From: Schmidtea nova
Taxonomy: Eukaryota
NCBI GenBank assembly: GCA_044892505.1
Contig: CM097883.1
Span: 122,202,001 to 122,266,000 of the forward strand
Direction of reading: 5' to 3'
DNA length: 64,000 nt
Under the pieces are notes generated by a model. It did no database searches, was not told the origin of the DNA, and saw only the letters and a list, made by a program, of their open reading frames with translations. This document shows, one piece after another, positions 60,801 to 64,000 of this stretch. Each line of letters starts with the position of its first letter. Position 1 is the first letter of the stretch. Position numbers and translations under genes: made by a program.

Positions 60801-60954
60801 AATAAATTGTGAGCTGTTGGGCGACCTCTAAACATTATCTGATCATTAAAAAAATTTGCACAGTATCTTATGGCATCAAATGGAACATTTTAAAAGGGTG
60901 GGAGACATCCAATTGTGAGAAAAAAATATTACCATTGGTCTAAGGACCACCCTA
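57830..60954 (+). mobile_element. Apparently intact DNA transposon (hAT superfamily, probably hATm group), 3125 bp
   Basis: Perfect 14-bp TIR TAGGGTGGTCCTTA; 8-bp TSD TTGTCCAT (57822-57829, 60955-60962); uninterrupted transposase ORF. Group assignment is from memory of the motifs. Confidence 0.92.
58415..60580 (+). CDS. DDE transposase, 721+ aa; probable short 5' exon at 58153-58169 and intron 58170-58350
   Basis: HWDGKL, CFDTTSSNTG, ACRHHIMEL, ARWM, HLWYL, NDNAERGV; the frame is open back to the acceptor tgtag at 58350; ATGGCGTCATCTTTTTG/gtgagt is phase-compatible (MASSFCEEFDITTRSQTAVYLLG). Confidence 0.85.
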   Translation: MLSTLRLASNGEALGLFFHHHLTHGLQTRQASAHVIEQVTGIWNKARIPTCRKDHAITKLEQLFKDWTQLKKHKDRKTELHVAREDEFCAKMKNLFDIAHADALTTMKIEEDREFLLAQREPGRRGYLGLVDRALAEKEERKAVRINLERKRRERAESEASVSTMVAGFGSSSEDDNKPESDTDKPAEFSSPRRKKSRAATNVITPKLAAALDRTKLSDRKATFVIAAAAQSLGHDIDELIINRSSIKRHREKYRAEMAAALKEDLSSDVPLVVHWDGKLMVDLTGKDHVDRLPIIVTGFGVCQLLKVSKMSGGTGENQSSAVVQALNEWNVQDRVVGLCFDTTSSNTGIHNGACVLIEQKLGKDLLHFACRHHIMELLAGAAFTVSLAPSSAPEILLFKRFQQKWSIVDHSNYQTGANLNEIPDVVKNEVMEFAHRQLLRDNVRDDYREFIELSIIFLGGLPHRGIHFMAPGAMHHARWMSKVIYSLKVWMFRSQFKLTSFEEKGLLHMCIFAVVIYLKAWFTAPLASSAPRNDLQLLQDLHNYKRYNEKISIATSKKLEHHLWYLSEDLVGLAFFDPDVPVDTKRQMVKALNYCSKDAVDKVLLPKGLKRITMSASSACNYSLEDFITVRSQEFFDKLHISQDFLNYDPDTWETRQEYTDGMLIVSKLLVTNDNAERGVALVQELNKCITYDEDQFQFLLQVVADHRRQYATCQKSLLH

Positions 60955-61632
60955 TTGTCCATTCATCTACAGACAGCGAAAATCGTTTTCCAATCGAAAT
61001 TTTGGACTGTAATCGTTCTACAATTTCTATTTTGATTTTTTCGTAATAACTTTTTACCAATTCCATCGTGCCCGTTGAATTTTTTGGCAGCTTGTATCCT
61101 AGTTTATTTATACTTTGTCAAATAAAAGACGAATTTGTAACGCCATAATAAGAGAAACCATCTGAAGCAATTAGTCTAGACACAATCTCTTCTAAAGTTT
61201 CACGTTGTAAATAGCTGGATATTAATAATTTCTCCTTTTTAAATGTAGAGGCAGAAGTACTAGGACCTGCATCATTATCAGCTGCTTTTTTTATTAGAAT
61301 TTTATGTACAAGTTTAAGGTGCGAAATCATTCCACTTGTGGAATCGCCATCACATTTAATAGATTTTTTACATAATTTGCACATGGCTTCTTTATTACTA
61401 TCTTTTCGCTTTTCAAAATGCTCCCAAACATTTGAAGAACCCATATTCTGTTTAAACAATATTCTATTTATTAAAAAATATTTATTTTCTTTTAATATAA
61501 ATCTATTTTAATAATAAATCATAGATAAAAATTATATTACTTACGAACTGTTGTATGCTTTTATTCTATGTATTACGATATATTATTAATGTTAAAAACC
61601 AATATTAATTTTTTTAATCACGATCACACCAC

Positions 61633-61902
61633 AAACCAGACAAGACAAGACAGAACAATTGACAAAACAAATTTTTCCGTCATAAAAAAAACATAATAGA
61701 GAGACTAACGCTACTTTTTTATTTTAAATAAAAAAGAGTAGTCTAGCAGCACAGCTTACTCTCTTTTATTTAAAATAATTAAAAATGCTGCTAGCCTACT
61801 CTTCTTTATTTAAAATAAAAAAGTAACGTTATTCTCTCTATTATGTTTTTTTTATGACGGAAAAAATTCTTTTTTCAAATGTTCTGTCTTGTCTTTTGGT
61901 TT
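61633..61902. repeat. Long imperfect inverted repeat (~270 bp) inside the hAT 5' region
   Basis: aagacaagacagaaca...ttttccgtcataaaaaaaacataatagagag...ctagcagca mirrored by tgctgctag...ctctctattatgttttttttatgacggaaaa...tgttctgtcttgtctt. Confidence 0.85.
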
Positions 61903-62100
61903 ACACATCTTATTATTTTGTACGCTCTTTTCTATTTTGCACAATTACCGCATTACCGGTAAAATGGTAAATATTTTTACCGGTAAACGGTAACGTAAAA
62001 AATGTGCAATTTACCGGTAAACGGTAAAGGTTTTTACCGGTAGAGGATCTTTAGAGTAGGCATATATTTTTATGTGACTGAAACATTGGACTGTTATCAT

Positions 62101-62598
62101 GCCACTATTGTTGTGGCTGTTGCTGGGATTGTTGCTGTTGAACATGGACGTTTGACGAATGACGATACACAGGATATGATGAATGATACTGTGGCACATT
62201 TTACTGATCAAAGTTGTCAGTTTTGACACCAATTGTAGAACCTGTGATTTTGGTTGCCATATAGCGTTTGACAGCAGCACTGTAAATCTTTCGGATAACA
62301 CAACAATGAGAAGGAAATAATATTGTAAAATTTTATTTGACTACAGCTGCCACTATTGTTGTGGCTGTTGCTGGGATTGTTGCTGTTGAACATGGACGTT
62401 TGACGAATGACGATACACAGGATATGATGATTGATACTGTGGCACATTTTGCTGATCAAAGTTGTCAGTTTTGACACCAATTGTAGGACCTGTGATTTTG
62501 GTTGCCATATAGCATTTGACAGCAGGACTGTAAATCTTTCGGATAACACAACAATGAGAAGGAAATAATATTGTAACATTTTATTTGATGACAGCTGC
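62101..62598. repeat. Imperfect tandem duplication, period 248 bp
   Basis: gccactattgttgtggctgttgctggg at 62101 and 62349, with continued alignment. Confidence 0.85.
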
Positions 62599-62771
62599 TT
62601 TTTATCTCTTCAAAAACGTGCTTTCTTCGCTCTTTTCTAATGACAGCATTCAATGGTTAGATTCTCGGCTTTAATTGGTGCAGCTTGCATTTTTTGTAAA
62701 TTCTAGTTAGAAAAAATGCCACTTAGGTTATTTAAACAAACTTGTTATTTTGGTAAATCTTCATATTTTTC

Positions 62772-62778
<7 letters not shown>

Positions 62779-62814
<36 letters not shown>
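62779..62814. repeat. (TA)18 microsatellite
   Basis: Direct reading. Confidence 0.95.
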
Positions 62815-62817
<3 letters not shown>

Positions 62818-63309
62818 GACGGATGCAATACAGCAATCTTGAATTTAATTGACTCCCTTCCCCAATTACCGGCGTGATGTCAGCACTAGAAGGCATTGTA
62901 GCTAAGTGGATTTAGAGTGTATTTCTCCTCTCACTACTAGTTGTGGTGTTGTTGCGTCAACTGAGTTTATCTCTCACTTAATGGATTTGCTGTCCCTCTC
63001 GTTTTTGCAATCGGGATGAGAAATTCTACTTTCTCTGTACTATTGTAGAGTCGGAGTGGTTTTCAATCTGCGTGGTCGACATCAACTTCTCCGATTCGTT
63101 CTAATATCTACGAGAATTTAATTTATCGAACATTTTATAGGTGGTTGATTAAACATTTTCCGTTATCATGACAATTTGATTTTTCCCTCTGGGCATATTC
63201 TCAGTTAATTTTGTTTTCTTATCCTTAGCGGGTATCGAGTTCGATGAGGAAAAATTAGTAATTTATGATGTAGTGTTGATATGAAATGGAGTTGTTCAGA
63301 TTTAACTAT

Positions 63310-63628
63310 GTTGAGGCTCATGCAGGAACATCCCATCATTTGGTGATCGCCTTTGATAATTTAAGGTTTTTTCTAGTGTATGTACTTGTTTACAGAAGAT
63401 GTAGATTTTGCGTCAATATCAGTATTAAACGGTGGGTTTTATTTTACTTTTATTGTTTGAATCAATGACACTGGTACTAACGCTAACCTCTTTACAAATG
63501 TCGTCATTAATTTCAGTAACGTCATTAGTTTTAGAACAAGTTTAACGATTTTCAAGAGAGTAAATAAGATCAAATATTACTGAAGTCATTTCAGTAGTGC
63601 TAATTTTCCGACATTTATTTCGATCTTG
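63310..63628 (-). pseudogene. Diverged relic of the retrotransposon ORF1 end and ORF1/ORF2 junction
   Basis: KCRKISTTEMTSVIFDLIYSLEN vs KCRKICNAEMTSVIFDLVDSLEN; junction reads ACC AAA TGA TGG GAT GTT CCT GCA. Confidence 0.85.
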
Positions 63629-63635
63629 AATGGCA

Positions 63636-64000
63636 CAGTGCCCCGAGATCTTATGGGGCTCGGGGCCCTCCCCGAAAATGTAAAAAAAATAAAAATAAAA
63701 CTCGTGTTTCCGATTTTCCCTTATCAGACTCCGTATGTGATTTTTTTATTTATAAAAAAAAAATACTTCTTGACAGCATCACCAGTTGTTATTAGCAAGA
63801 GAAAATATTAATTAAATAAATAAATCAGATTAATATTAAAAATATTTATTTAAAAATATTTAACGATCGATCGGTAATAAAACATGTCAGACAAACGTGT
63901 TTATCTAAGTGGAGCGCTCAAACGTAAGTGAAAAGTTGAAAAGAAAGAAAAAGAATTAGTTAACAGTCAGAACATGAATTTGTTTAAATTGGGATTTATA
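63636..64000 (+). mobile_element. Possible left end of another hAT-like transposon
   Basis: GC-rich start CAGTGCCCCGAG truncating the relic; ATG at 63884 gives MSDKRVYLSGALKRK, resembling the SGAxKRK N-terminus of some hAT transposases; the other end is not visible. Confidence 0.35.

Larger units (their letters stand above)
56167..62053 (-). mobile_element. hAT DNA transposon with BED zinc finger, both ends present, transposase disrupted and interrupted by a nested element
   Basis: Imperfect 11-bp TIRs TAAAGATCCTC / TACATATCCTC (62043-62053, 56167-56177); BED finger VWEHF...CKLC...HLKLVH (61118-61459); ERTFS dimerisation motif (56418-56720). Confidence 0.9.

Overview
AT-rich eukaryotic (probably invertebrate) genomic DNA with no recognisable host protein gene. 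Positions 1-46041 are a tandem array of a 257-bp unit carrying one tRNA-Thr(AGT) gene on the minus strand (53 full-length genes, 7693-21126). The array is invaded by a ~7.5-kb non-LTR retrotransposon of the restriction-like-endonuclease (RLE), NeSL-like type. Every visible element/tRNA junction sits at the same site, duplicating the 9 bp TCTAGTAAA (anticodon loop plus its closing base pair). Copy 1 is coding-intact. Copies 2-4 share a nonsense mutation, and copy 5 is a deleted remnant. The 806-aa ORF1 and 1520-aa ORF2 (Ulp1 protease-RT-zinc knuckle-RLE) are in the same frame, separated by one conserved TGA followed by a hairpin, which suggests programmed readthrough to a 2329-aa polyprotein. 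Positions 46042-64000 are a transposon graveyard. A Polinton/Maverick-type protein-primed polB is split in two by an inversion between two inverted hAT copies with swapped 8-bp TSDs. The region also holds an apparently intact nested hATm-like element, diverged relics of the retrotransposon, microsatellites and unidentified repeats. All analysis was done by eye, with no database searches.
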